This document shows positions 55,852-64,000 of a stretch of DNA of 64,000 nucleotides, piece by piece. Made by a program: the position numbers and the translations under genes. A model generated the notes under the pieces. It was not told where the DNA came from. It ran no database searches and saw nothing but the letters and a program-made list of their open reading frames with translations. The DNA comes from Anaerolineales bacterium (GTDB taxonomy: Bacteria > Chloroflexota > Anaerolineae > Anaerolineales > Villigracilaceae), in NCBI GenBank assembly GCA_030583905.1, contig CP129481.1, forward strand, positions 2,260,136 to 2,324,135, written 5' to 3'. Each line of letters opens with the position of its first letter. The first letter of the stretch is position 1.

Positions 55852-57107
55852 TTCTGTACCAACCCATTCCGATTGAATAACACAACTGCAACTCCAAACA
55901 AGACAGTTCCCATAACGAGCAGGGCGGTGACGGGTTCTGTTAGATTTTTCAAAGTGCCACCGAGGGCTAACGTTGTAAAACCGTCCAAGCCCCAGGCATT
56001 GGGCATGATCTTGCTGATGGTTTGAATGAACGGCGGGAAATTCTCAAGATCGATGAAACTACCGCCCAAAACGCTGAAGATCAACATGACAACGGTACCT
56101 GTATTGGCAACCTGTGCAGGTGTATGGGCAAAGGCCGTGATCAGCATTCCCCAGCCTGTCGCACCGAAGACCGCCGCAAGGATCAGGACAATCACTCCGA
56201 GCGCATCCCCCCATCTGACTTGAAAGAACAGGGTCGATATGAGGATCAATATGCCGACTTGGGCAACGCCCATGAAGAAGATACCCAGTACTTTGCCGCC
56301 CAAAACCTGTGTGGTCTGTGTGGGGGCGATCATCAGCCGCGGCAATGTGCCTCCCGCGCGTTCAGCCAGAATCGAGCGTCCGCCATAGGAGACGGTGTAC
56401 ATCAGGAACATCAATGCCATGCCAGGCGCAAAGTAGGAGAGCAGGTCGAGCTCGACAGCATCAGAGCCTTCTATATTTGTTTTAAGTGTGATGGCGGACG
56501 ATTCGGCTTCAGCTGCATTTTGAAATAACTTGCTCGCTTCTTTCTCAGCGTTGAGCGGATTCAACAACCCATCATTCATCAACCCGACAATGGATGTCAT
56601 GCCGCTCGTTCGTCCCTCCTCGACACGTGAGATAAATTCATCCACAACGGCTTTGACGATGCCTGCGCTGGTGGGACTGGATGGATTCGTATACATTTCA
56701 ATTTTTACAGGTTCGGGTTGGACGTAACCTTGAGAAAACCGTGTGTCTTCTGCCGGGATGATCGAACGGGTGAATCCTTCAGGGATGATGACAACGGCAG
56801 CAGCTTTATCCTCGTCCATTAAACGGCGGGCAGCTTCGGGGTCGGAGGAAGCGCTGGGCTCCATCAACCCCGATAGTTCTTCCGAGTTGAATAGATCTTC
56901 GAGCGCATTCCCCAAATCCCCTTGATCCAAATTGACGATGACGACAGGAATGTCAGATAGTCCTGTGGAGCCGCCACTGAAACGCCCCGTGACAAATCCC
57001 ATGCCGATGGTGAGGAGAAAGGGTGCGAGGAGCATGAACGTAAGCGCGACGCGGTCGCGGAACATGAGCTTGAGGTCTTTGATACCGATGAGTAAAAGCT
57101 TTTTCAT
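55848..57107 (-). CDS. ABC-2 type exporter permease
   Basis: ER.GGTLPRL.IAP, LGGSF, P.AWGLDG. Confidence 0.92.
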   Translation of the reverse strand: MKKLLLIGIKDLKLMFRDRVALTFMLLAPFLLTIGMGFVTGRFSGGSTGLSDIPVVIVNLDQGDLGNALEDLFNSEELSGLMEPSASSDPEAARRLMDEDKAAAVVIIPEGFTRSIIPAEDTRFSQGYVQPEPVKIEMYTNPSSPTSAGIVKAVVDEFISRVEEGRTSGMTSIVGLMNDGLLNPLNAEKEASKLFQNAAEAESSAITLKTNIEGSDAVELDLLSYFAPGMALMFLMYTVSYGGRSILAERAGGTLPRLMIAPTQTTQVLGGKVLGIFFMGVAQVGILILISTLFFQVRWGDALGVIVLILAAVFGATGWGMLITAFAHTPAQVANTGTVVMLIFSVLGGSFIDLENFPPFIQTISKIMPNAWGLDGFTTLALGGTLKNLTEPVTALLVMGTVLFGVAVVLFNRNGLVQK

Positions 57108-57203
57108 AATTTAACTTTCATATGTCATTGCGAGCACATGTTGTGAAGCAATCGTATATTCAATGAGGAGATTGCTTTCCGATGGCTCGCAACGACATGG
57201 ATG

Positions 57204-58148
57204 TTAGTCACGCAACGCTCTACCAGTAAGATGCAAAAAAACCGCTTCGAGATTCGGCTCGCGGATATCAATGGAACGGATCTTGATGCCGCGCTCATTG
57301 GCTTTGCTGACAACCGATGCGAGAACATCTTCTGCTGCTGGTGTAATGATCGAGACCTCGTGATCGACTGCAATGGCTTCGAGCACGCCGTCCAAGCTTT
57401 TGAGCGATTCAGCCAACGCTTCGGTGTCTTCATTTTCGTTGATGTGCAAAATGAGCGTATCGGTTTGCCCGACCTGTTTGGTCAGTTCATCCTGTGTGCC
57501 GAGCGCGATCAGTTCACCATGATCGATGATGCCAACGCGGTCCGAGAGTTCCTCGGCTTCTTCCATATAGTGCGTCGTATAAAGGACGGTCATGCCCTGC
57601 TTGTTCAGGTCTTTGACCGTATCCAGGATCGCGCGGCGTGATTGCGGATCGATGCCGACGGTGGGTTCGTCCATGAATAGCAGACGCGGCTTGTGGAGCA
57701 GCCCCACGCCAATGTTGACGCGTCGCTTCATGCCTCCCGAATAGGTTTTGACCTGGTTTTTGGCTTTATCCACCAAACCGATCTGCTCCAACACTTCATC
57801 CACGCGGCTGTTGAGGGACTTGCCGCTCAACCCGTACATCTGCCCCCAGAAGATGAGATTTTCGCGCGCGGTCAAGTCTTCGTAGAGGGCGAGTTCCTGC
57901 GGCACAACGCCAATGACCTGTTTGACAGCCATCGGCTCCTTCGAGATGGAATGACCGCCAATGGACGCATCGCCTGCGATGGGTGTGTATAGGGTCGACA
58001 ACATCGAGATGGTGGTGGTCTTGCCTGCTCCGTTCGGACCGAGCAGGCTGAAGATCTCGCCCTCTTTGATATTAAAGGTGATGCCTTTGACGGCGGCAAA
58101 ATCACCATAATTCTTTTGGAGGTCTTTTACCTCGAGAATGGATTCCAT
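57204..58148 (-). CDS. ABC exporter ATP-binding subunit (DrrA/LnrL-like)
   Basis: GPNGAGKTT, YSGGMKRR, DEPTVG, TTHYMEEAE; RBS caggag before ATG 58148. Confidence 0.95.
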   Translation of the reverse strand: MESILEVKDLQKNYGDFAAVKGITFNIKEGEIFSLLGPNGAGKTTTISMLSTLYTPIAGDASIGGHSISKEPMAVKQVIGVVPQELALYEDLTARENLIFWGQMYGLSGKSLNSRVDEVLEQIGLVDKAKNQVKTYSGGMKRRVNIGVGLLHKPRLLFMDEPTVGIDPQSRRAILDTVKDLNKQGMTVLYTTHYMEEAEELSDRVGIIDHGELIALGTQDELTKQVGQTDTLILHINENEDTEALAESLKSLDGVLEAIAVDHEVSIITPAAEDVLASVVSKANERGIKIRSIDIREPNLEAVFLHLTGRALRD

Positions 58149-58172
58149 AACTTGCTCCTGCAACATCTGTGC

Positions 58173-58538
58173 TTACGATCTTCGCAAGCGACCCAGGATC
58201 AAACCAAGGCCAAGGACAATGAGGATGATGGGCCAGTACGTCCTCAGGTTGAGATCGATCGCATTGCCAAACAGCAGGCTCACGAACATCAGAAGCATGA
58301 ACAGACCGACCAATGCGGGTACCATCGTACCCATTTCAAATAAATCATTTGTAGAACGGTAGCGGTTGTATGCGCTGATAAGTGCGCCGAAGGCGGGGAA
58401 AAGGATCAAGAGTGCCCACCAATTCAATACGAAAGGCAGGACGTTAAGTTGATTGAGCAGGATCATTGCCCCCGCAACGATTAATACCAGTCCAATCCAA
58501 AAACTTGTGTTGCCGCTGATAGATTTGTTTTCTTCCAT
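58173..58538 (-). CDS. LiaF/LiaI-like small membrane protein
   Basis: G..LI..G...LL..L, WWAL.LL, YWP.ILIVLG pattern. Confidence 0.7.
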   Translation of the reverse strand: MEENKSISGNTSFWIGLVLIVAGAMILLNQLNVLPFVLNWWALLILFPAFGALISAYNRYRSTNDLFEMGTMVPALVGLFMLLMFVSLLFGNAIDLNLRTYWPIILIVLGLGLILGRLRRS

Positions 58539-58550
58539 TTTGTCTCTCCT

Positions 58551-58633
58551 TTTTGATGAAGGAATTGTAGAATACCTTTATCGGGATGTCATCAAGAGAC
58601 AGATGGATTTCTCAATCAATCAAAAGTTGGATT
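58551..58633 (-). promoter_or_regulatory. Duplicated upstream regulatory region, copy 1
   Basis: Highly similar over about 83 bp to 61346-61428; both lie just upstream of minus-strand start codons. Confidence 0.75.
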
Positions 58634-58736
58634 GAGAAGGTCATAATATTGTATGCAGTTCTCGTTCAAGTTGAAATTTACGCATGAAAACATATTAAGT
58701 TTCCACCTCCCTGTAAAGAGTGTGGATTTCACAAAA

Positions 58737-59366
58737 CTATTTAATTTGAATGACCTTCTTTTTTACTGCCTCGGTTACCGCTGATGTGCGATCAGTTACT
58801 CCCAATTTGGAAAAGATATGGACGAAATGAGATTTAACAGTTGCCTCGGTAATGAACAATATCTTTGCTATTACCTTATTAGAATTGCCTTGCGATGCAA
58901 GCTCCAACACTTCAATTTCACGGCTGCTCAATATATTTTTAGAAGAATTTGTCAAACGCCGCGTTACTCTTTCTGCCACACGCGGCGCTAGCGACATCTC
59001 GCCCCTTGCTGCATTGCGAATCGCTTGAAATAGTTGTTCAGGGGGAGTGTCTTTTAGTAAATAACCAATTGCTCCAGCTTCGAGTGCCGGCAATATATCT
59101 GCATCTGTTTCATAAGTAGTAAGTACTAAAATATTTGCCTTTGGCAACTTGTCTCGAATAAGTTTTATCGCCCCCAGTCCGTCTAAATTGGGCATTTGCA
59201 GGTCCATGAGAATTAAATCTGGGACGAGAGAGATTGCCAGCTTGGCAGCCTCTTCGCCGTTTTCGGCATCAGCGACTATATCAAAATCCGGTTGTGATGA
59301 TAATAAAGCTCGCAACCCACTGCGGACAACAGGGTGGTCATCAGTAATTATTATGTTAATCGTCAT
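58737..59366 (-). CDS. NarL/LuxR family response regulator
   Basis: IITDDHPVVR.G, LMDLQMP..DG, GYLLK, LS.RE.EVL...GNSNK.IA..LFITEATVKSH. Confidence 0.95.
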   Translation of the reverse strand: MTINIIITDDHPVVRSGLRALLSSQPDFDIVADAENGEEAAKLAISLVPDLILMDLQMPNLDGLGAIKLIRDKLPKANILVLTTYETDADILPALEAGAIGYLLKDTPPEQLFQAIRNAARGEMSLAPRVAERVTRRLTNSSKNILSSREIEVLELASQGNSNKVIAKILFITEATVKSHFVHIFSKLGVTDRTSAVTEAVKKKVIQIK

Positions 59367-60549
59367 TTTCTTCTGAAACAGGAATAGAAACAGCAATTGC
59401 TGTTCCTGTTCCTCGCTCACTTTCTATGTTTAGTGTTCCATTCAATTCTTCTGCTCTGTCTCGCATTGTTCTCATTCCGAAACCATTCTTGATTTTTGAA
59501 GGGTCAAACCCCAGTCCATCATCGGCAATATCCATCACAAAAATATCTTCCATAAACGAAAAGGTGATATTGACGTTTTTAGCTTGAGCATGTTTATTTA
59601 TATTCTGCATGGCTTCCTGTGAAATGCGGAGTAGTGCCGTTTCGGTAGATGATGTGAGAGAGCGCGGATTACCCGTCACTTTCATCTTTACCTGTATATT
59701 ATTTTCTGCAGACCAACGTGCCGCTAATTCTTCAACAGCCTCGATAAGAGAAGCGCTTTCAAATTGTTCCGGTTGCATGTCCCAAACGATCCTGCGAATC
59801 TCGTCAAGCCCTTCCCGTGCAGCATCTTCGGCTTGTTGAACTTCTGATTGGACTGCTCCCGGGTTGCTGTGCTTTGCCGCAGAGAGATGCATGATAATGG
59901 ACGTGAAATGTTGGGCAAGCGTGTCGTGAATGTCACGGGCGATGCGTTGTCGTTCAGTCAGCCGACCCGCTTCCCGTTCAATCCTCATCAAATCTGCCCG
60001 GGACCGGGTTAATTCATCAATAAGACGTTGGCGTTTTGTACTCTGTATTAAGATGGATGAAATAAAAGCACCAATGATCGTCGAGATGATCAGCATACCT
60101 AGGATGATCAATAGGATTGCGAACCAATGCTCAGTTGGATATAACATGATATATAGAACATAAAGACCTAAAGTCTGAAAAACAGTTATTCCAATTGACC
60201 ACCGAATGGGGAATCGGCTAAAAATTAATGGAAAGAATATCCCTATCAACAAAAGCGAATCGGCGGCGAGTGAGAGCAAACCACCCCAGATTACCCATCC
60301 TGGTACCAGATAAAGTGCGCCGCGTTTAGGATTATCCCAAATGCGCAAATTTGAAATGGTTATAAATGGGATGTACCATACACCCAATGCCGCAGAAAGA
60401 ATAAGAAAGAACGAAAAGTTTATGATTTTAGGTTCACGGTTGTATACAAATATGATGTTCAAGATAAGAAAACTGTAGGCTGAAAAGTGCCATACCCAAT
60501 CCCATTGTTCCCATACCTCGGGGGGTTTGCTTTTTTGTATTTTCGTCAT
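59356..60549 (-). CDS. Membrane sensor histidine kinase (HisKA_3, DesK-like)
   Basis: N-terminal TMs, ERQRIARDIHDTLAQ, QEAMQNI.KHA, DDGLGFD, GFGM..M. Confidence 0.93.
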   Translation of the reverse strand: MTKIQKSKPPEVWEQWDWVWHFSAYSFLILNIIFVYNREPKIINFSFFLILSAALGVWYIPFITISNLRIWDNPKRGALYLVPGWVIWGGLLSLAADSLLLIGIFFPLIFSRFPIRWSIGITVFQTLGLYVLYIMLYPTEHWFAILLIILGMLIISTIIGAFISSILIQSTKRQRLIDELTRSRADLMRIEREAGRLTERQRIARDIHDTLAQHFTSIIMHLSAAKHSNPGAVQSEVQQAEDAAREGLDEIRRIVWDMQPEQFESASLIEAVEELAARWSAENNIQVKMKVTGNPRSLTSSTETALLRISQEAMQNINKHAQAKNVNITFSFMEDIFVMDIADDGLGFDPSKIKNGFGMRTMRDRAEELNGTLNIESERGTGTAIAVSIPVSEENDD

Positions 60550-60626
60550 GATGGCATTATACCTTGCGATATCTGGCTGTGTTTTTTGTGCCCAGAATAT
60601 CGCAAGGTAATGGTTTGAACTTACTT

Positions 60627-61328
60627 CTAAGCACCCGGTGCCAGAAATATGAGCATTGTTGCAAAGGGCTCCGCAATGAGGACAACAAGACTATGCCCAA
60701 GAATGACTGGAGTAAGACTGCGCTTGCCCCATAAGAACAATCCGCCCAGCAATAATCCATAGATCACGCTAAAGACAAATGAAAAGGCATTGAAGCCCCA
60801 GATCGTGTGATAAAGTGCAAAGATCAAGGCGGGGACAATTACCTGCACCCATTTCGATGAGCCGATTTTATTCAACTGATTCATCATGAAGCTGCGCGTA
60901 ATTAAATCTTCCAGGAGTGCGCCGCCCGCCGCTAATAATGCAGTCAGAATGCGGAAGCCATTGATCTGAGTTATGTTGGCATCCGGGTCAAATTGAAGTG
61001 TGCTGGATAGGAATAGAAGCGCCCATGCTATTCCCAGTATTAGTCCCGCAATGTTCGCACCGATTCCAGAAGGTGCACCTAGTCCGTGGGATTTAAGAAA
61101 TTCGCCAATGGATGTGCTCTTAATCATCCTAAAAATTACGGCAAGGATGATCATAAAGGCGACACAGAACCAAATTAGAACGCCAGTAACGGAACCTTCC
61201 AGAGATAAACTCCGACGAAGCAGGTGTGGGAGCGGACCGAAGTTGGGTCCGACCAGCACCAGCAATAGAAGCGTAACAATTGCGATCCTTCGCCAAACGG
61301 TACTTCTTTCATTAGTTGTAGTATTCAT
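60627..61328 (-). CDS. CPBP/CAAX (Abi) intramembrane protease-like protein
   Basis: Multi-TM; LEDLITRSF (variant of EExxxRG), FALYH, GHSL. Confidence 0.8.
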   Translation of the reverse strand: MNTTTNERSTVWRRIAIVTLLLLVLVGPNFGPLPHLLRRSLSLEGSVTGVLIWFCVAFMIILAVIFRMIKSTSIGEFLKSHGLGAPSGIGANIAGLILGIAWALLFLSSTLQFDPDANITQINGFRILTALLAAGGALLEDLITRSFMMNQLNKIGSSKWVQVIVPALIFALYHTIWGFNAFSFVFSVIYGLLLGGLFLWGKRSLTPVILGHSLVVLIAEPFATMLIFLAPGA

Positions 61329-61345
61329 TTCTACCTCCATGTAGA

Positions 61346-61428
61346 TTTTGATGAAGGAAGTGTAGAATACTTTTACTAGGGTGTAATCAAGAGAGAGATG
61401 GATTTATCAGTCAATCAAAAGTTGGATT
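61346..61428 (-). promoter_or_regulatory. Duplicated upstream regulatory region, copy 2
   Basis: TTTTGATGAAGGAA.TGTAGAATAC...ATCAAGAGA.AGATGGATTT.TCA.TCAATCAAAAGTTGGATT shared with 58551-58633. Confidence 0.75.
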
Positions 61429-61430
61429 AA

Positions 61431-62004
61431 TTAGAGAAGCCCCCTTCGATCGGGTCCTTCCTTCACAGCTTCCATTGAATAGTCCTGATACCTGCCATAC
61501 CAGCGATAGAAGGTGCTTTTGGGAATACCCAACTCCGCCAGCGTTTTCTTGACCGGCAAGCTGGAATGTTCCACCAGAAGGATGATCTCGCGTTTTTCTG
61601 CCGGGTTGTGGCGCATACTGGCAGGCGCTAGTCCTCCCATGTTGTGTCCTTGCCCAGCAAGCTTTTTTTGAGTACGCGATTCTTGAGCGACAGTTCCGCC
61701 ACCAACTGCTTGAGCTGTTCGATCTCGCTGCGCATCTCGTTTACTTCGCGGCTGTCTGCTTCACGGCGGCATAGTTCTGCGATGCTGGTTTCGCCCCGCA
61801 GGCCTTCCAAGACAATCCGCATCTTTTCTTCCGCGTTATACTTCTTGCGGGTCTTGCGGCGGATCTCCCGTACGACGGACTCCACGGGTACATTTTCTTC
61901 GTTCATGGTCTACTCCTTGGTCTTCCTGATTTAATCAGATTTTTGACCGGGAGTTACACCTTATTTTTTCCACCATCCTGTCCCACTAGTTCTGACACCG
62001 GACA
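61431..62004 (-). mobile_element. Truncated IS3-family element (OrfA with internal deletion, OrfB N-terminus only)
   Basis: RRKTRKKY.AEEK.RIVLEGLRGE.SIAELCRRE; LKQLVAELSL.NR.LKKS; OrfB MRH.PAEK.EII.LVE.S.LP...TL..LGIPKSTFYRWY; probable left end TGTCCGG at 62004. Confidence 0.8.
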
Positions 62005-62757
62005 CGGACGAAGAAAACTTTCCTCGTTGTAGTCCGTATCGATGAACCAGCAAGCGATACCTGCGGCACTGTCGCTGCGGACCTCACCACTGCTCGGGTC
62101 GAAGACATCCACACTATTGATCTTGATCTGGATCTGTCCGTTGGGTAAGTCGATCTTTTCGATATCCGGCTTGCCAAAGATAACGAAGAGATTGCCCTTG
62201 CCGGTGTTCTTGAGGTCATCTGCCATTTTTAGGGCGATACGTTCCAAGCCGGGGTTGGCTTTATTGCTTGAACTGGATAAGCGCTCCAGCAGTTCATGTT
62301 CGCGCTTCCCGTCTTTCGGTGCCACCTCTGTCAGCCAGATCAGGGTCTCCACCGCCTCCACCTGACAGAAAAATGGTCTGACATTCGTAAACGGATAGTG
62401 TCGCCAATGTTGAAGTAAACGAGCCGTCTCCGGCGTCACTTTCCAGTCATTCGGGTCGGGGATCATCCGCCGCTTATCGATATACTCCCTGACCAGGTTG
62501 ATCGTGCCGGTGGGATCATACTGCTGGTCCGCGGTCGAGAGTCCCTTGCCTTCGTCCATGACCAAAGCAAGTCGTTCGCCTTGTTTCTTGGACCGTTTCT
62601 GCTTCCTTGGCTTGGGGATGGGCGTGATGAATTCCGCGCTGCGGCGACGCTCAATGATCTGCTGTGTTGGCTGCCCATTCTTGTCCAACTCGAAGTGACG
62701 AGATGGATACTCATACGGGGAGTTGAGAATGGGCTGGCTGAAAAAATCATGTTCCAT
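61954..62757 (-). pseudogene. Type III R-M scar: Res N-terminus fused in frame to Mod C-terminus, truncated by the IS
   Basis: PILNSPYEYPSRH.EL..GQPT, PFFCQ.EAVETLIWLTEVAP, RIALKMA (TGxGKT missing), then DDLKNTGKGNLFVIFG.PDI, DVFDP..GEVRS, IACWFIDTDYNEESF. Confidence 0.8.
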
Positions 62758-63296
62758 GCGACGATCCTTGATAGTCGATTATGATGACCAACGAGATGCC
62801 CTGTACTAAAAAAAACAACCGCCCACGCAATGGAATATGCGCAGGCGGTAGGATTGTGCTATGATTTCCCTATCCGCTACGCGCCCTATCGCGTAGTCCA
62901 TTCGCCTCACAGGATGCCAGTCCTGTGAGGCTTCTCGCTTAAGTATAGACGAGAGCCATGTATTTGTCGAACAAAATAACTTAATTGTAAGGTTTGCAAA
63001 CCTGTCCACCATATCGAGCAACAGCTGGTCGGAGATGGGTCGGAGTTCCACGCAGACGTGAGTCGCACGCGCATTGCGCGTTACACTAATGCTTCCTGGG
63101 CAACCAGATAGACACGCTGTTCCTCGGTAAGGGTGAGAATCGGCAGTTCGTTCGCCAGTTTGAGTTCTAGGGAGAGATTCGCGCGCCGCCGCCATCGCGG
63201 TCGCTGCGCAAAGAGGATTGTTTGGGAAGTAAGCAGGGATATTACGAGCAGCGGTCGATTTTTCCGGTTTCAGAAATAATCCCCAGCCTCATCGAA

Positions 63297-63340
63297 AAGT
63301 AAAATCGCGCCGAAATTATTTTTTCGACGCGATTTTACTT
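63297..63340 (-). terminator. Probable terminator hairpin
   Basis: AAGTAAAATCGCGCCGAAA..TTTCGACGCGATTTTACTT downstream of the TPR gene. Confidence 0.55.
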
Positions 63341-63378
63341 TGTGTTTGATGGATCTGCTGGTGCACTTGTGGGACCGC

Positions 63379-63999
63379 TTAATGGACTATCTTCTGTAGC
63401 GCCAACTCAATAGCCTGTTCCAATTCCATGGATCGCCCGGTTTTCCATGCTGATGTCGCGGCCGATTCCGGCAGGGATTTGCGCGCGGGAGCGATCATCC
63501 GTTCAACGCGTGCCTGCTCGGATGGCGGAAGTGGGGCGCCGATCGAATCGCGCAGGGCGGATGAAAAACCAGCTAGTTTCAAAGCCAGTTCCAGTTTGGA
63601 TTCTGCGGCTGCCAATCCGCCATAATCTTCAAGCAGGTAAGCAATGGCTGTCTTATCTCCCAGCTCGCGGCTGATCATTAAACTTTCATCGAGAACAGAG
63701 CGGACATCCGCAAACTCGCCCTCATCCAGCATGACATCTGCCAGGGTGTTAAGAGAGAGAGCCAGTCCGGCTTTATCGCCCAGTTGCCGGCGGATCATCA
63801 AGCTTTCGTGAAGCAGCCGACGCGCTTCGGCATATTCCATCTGGTCGCTGGCAACACATGCCTGATTATTTAGCAGCTGTCCGACTGCCCAGCGATCTCC
63901 TATTTTTCGGAATAGAATCAGGCTTTCCTCGTTCATCTGCCAGGCGGCGGCGAGGTCTCTTTGGAAGCGGGCGATAATGCCAAGGTTGTTAAGGAGCGT
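63379..63999 (-). CDS. TPR-repeat protein C-terminus (ATPase/MalT-like regulator type); partial, runs off the right edge
   Basis: Frame is open from 63999 (TLLNNLGIIAR...); 40-aa repeats ESL.I.R.LGD; typical tail AAW..G..M.LEQAI.LAL. Confidence 0.8.
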   Translation of the reverse strand, partial: TLLNNLGIIARFQRDLAAAWQMNEESLILFRKIGDRWAVGQLLNNQACVASDQMEYAEARRLLHESLMIRRQLGDKAGLALSLNTLADVMLDEGEFADVRSVLDESLMISRELGDKTAIAYLLEDYGGLAAAESKLELALKLAGFSSALRDSIGAPLPPSEQARVERMIAPARKSLPESAATSAWKTGRSMELEQAIELALQKIVH

Positions 64000-64000
64000 C

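Noticed and set aside
57125-57433. 102-aa ORF between ABC genes
   Set aside because: Mostly an alternative frame of the ATPase 3' end; no recognisable features.
62806-63195. 129-aa ORF in the gap before the type III scar
   Set aside because: No RBS, motif or coding-like composition evident; left unannotated.
1-64000. tRNA, rRNA or riboswitch
   Set aside because: No cloverleaf, T-loop or conserved RNA motif recognised by eye; a covariance-model scan would be needed to exclude them.

Overview
Bacterial chromosomal window; gene content and repeat style suggest Chloroflexi/Anaerolineae (inference). Bases 1-37 kb are mostly GC-rich core genes: sodA, ferredoxin, an FHA-FHA-mtnP-RodA/PBP cluster, IscA, a membrane pyrophosphatase, an exopolysaccharide cluster, mutS, gpmA and an FAD/Fe-S oxidoreductase. 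This part also holds a decayed one-cassette integron at 6.6-7.5 kb and many REP-like palindromes, several in frame inside genes. Bases 37-64 kb are a defence/plasticity hotspot built on a type I R-M system (hsdR, an inserted NB-ARC-TPR gene, hsdM, hsdS). The most striking structure lies after hsdS: six divergent copies of the hsdS 3' tail (LFESLL..xF), most followed by a different AT-rich passenger gene, like an integrase-free cassette array. The first passenger fuses an HsdS-type target recognition domain to a TIR domain. Further along are an internally deleted hsdR scar followed by an unknown gene plus NUDIX pair, an ABC/two-component/CAAX-protease module with a duplicated promoter, IS3 fragments and a type III R-M Res-Mod chimeric scar. 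I saw no rRNA, tRNA or CRISPR array. All calls come from reading motifs by eye; no database searches were run.
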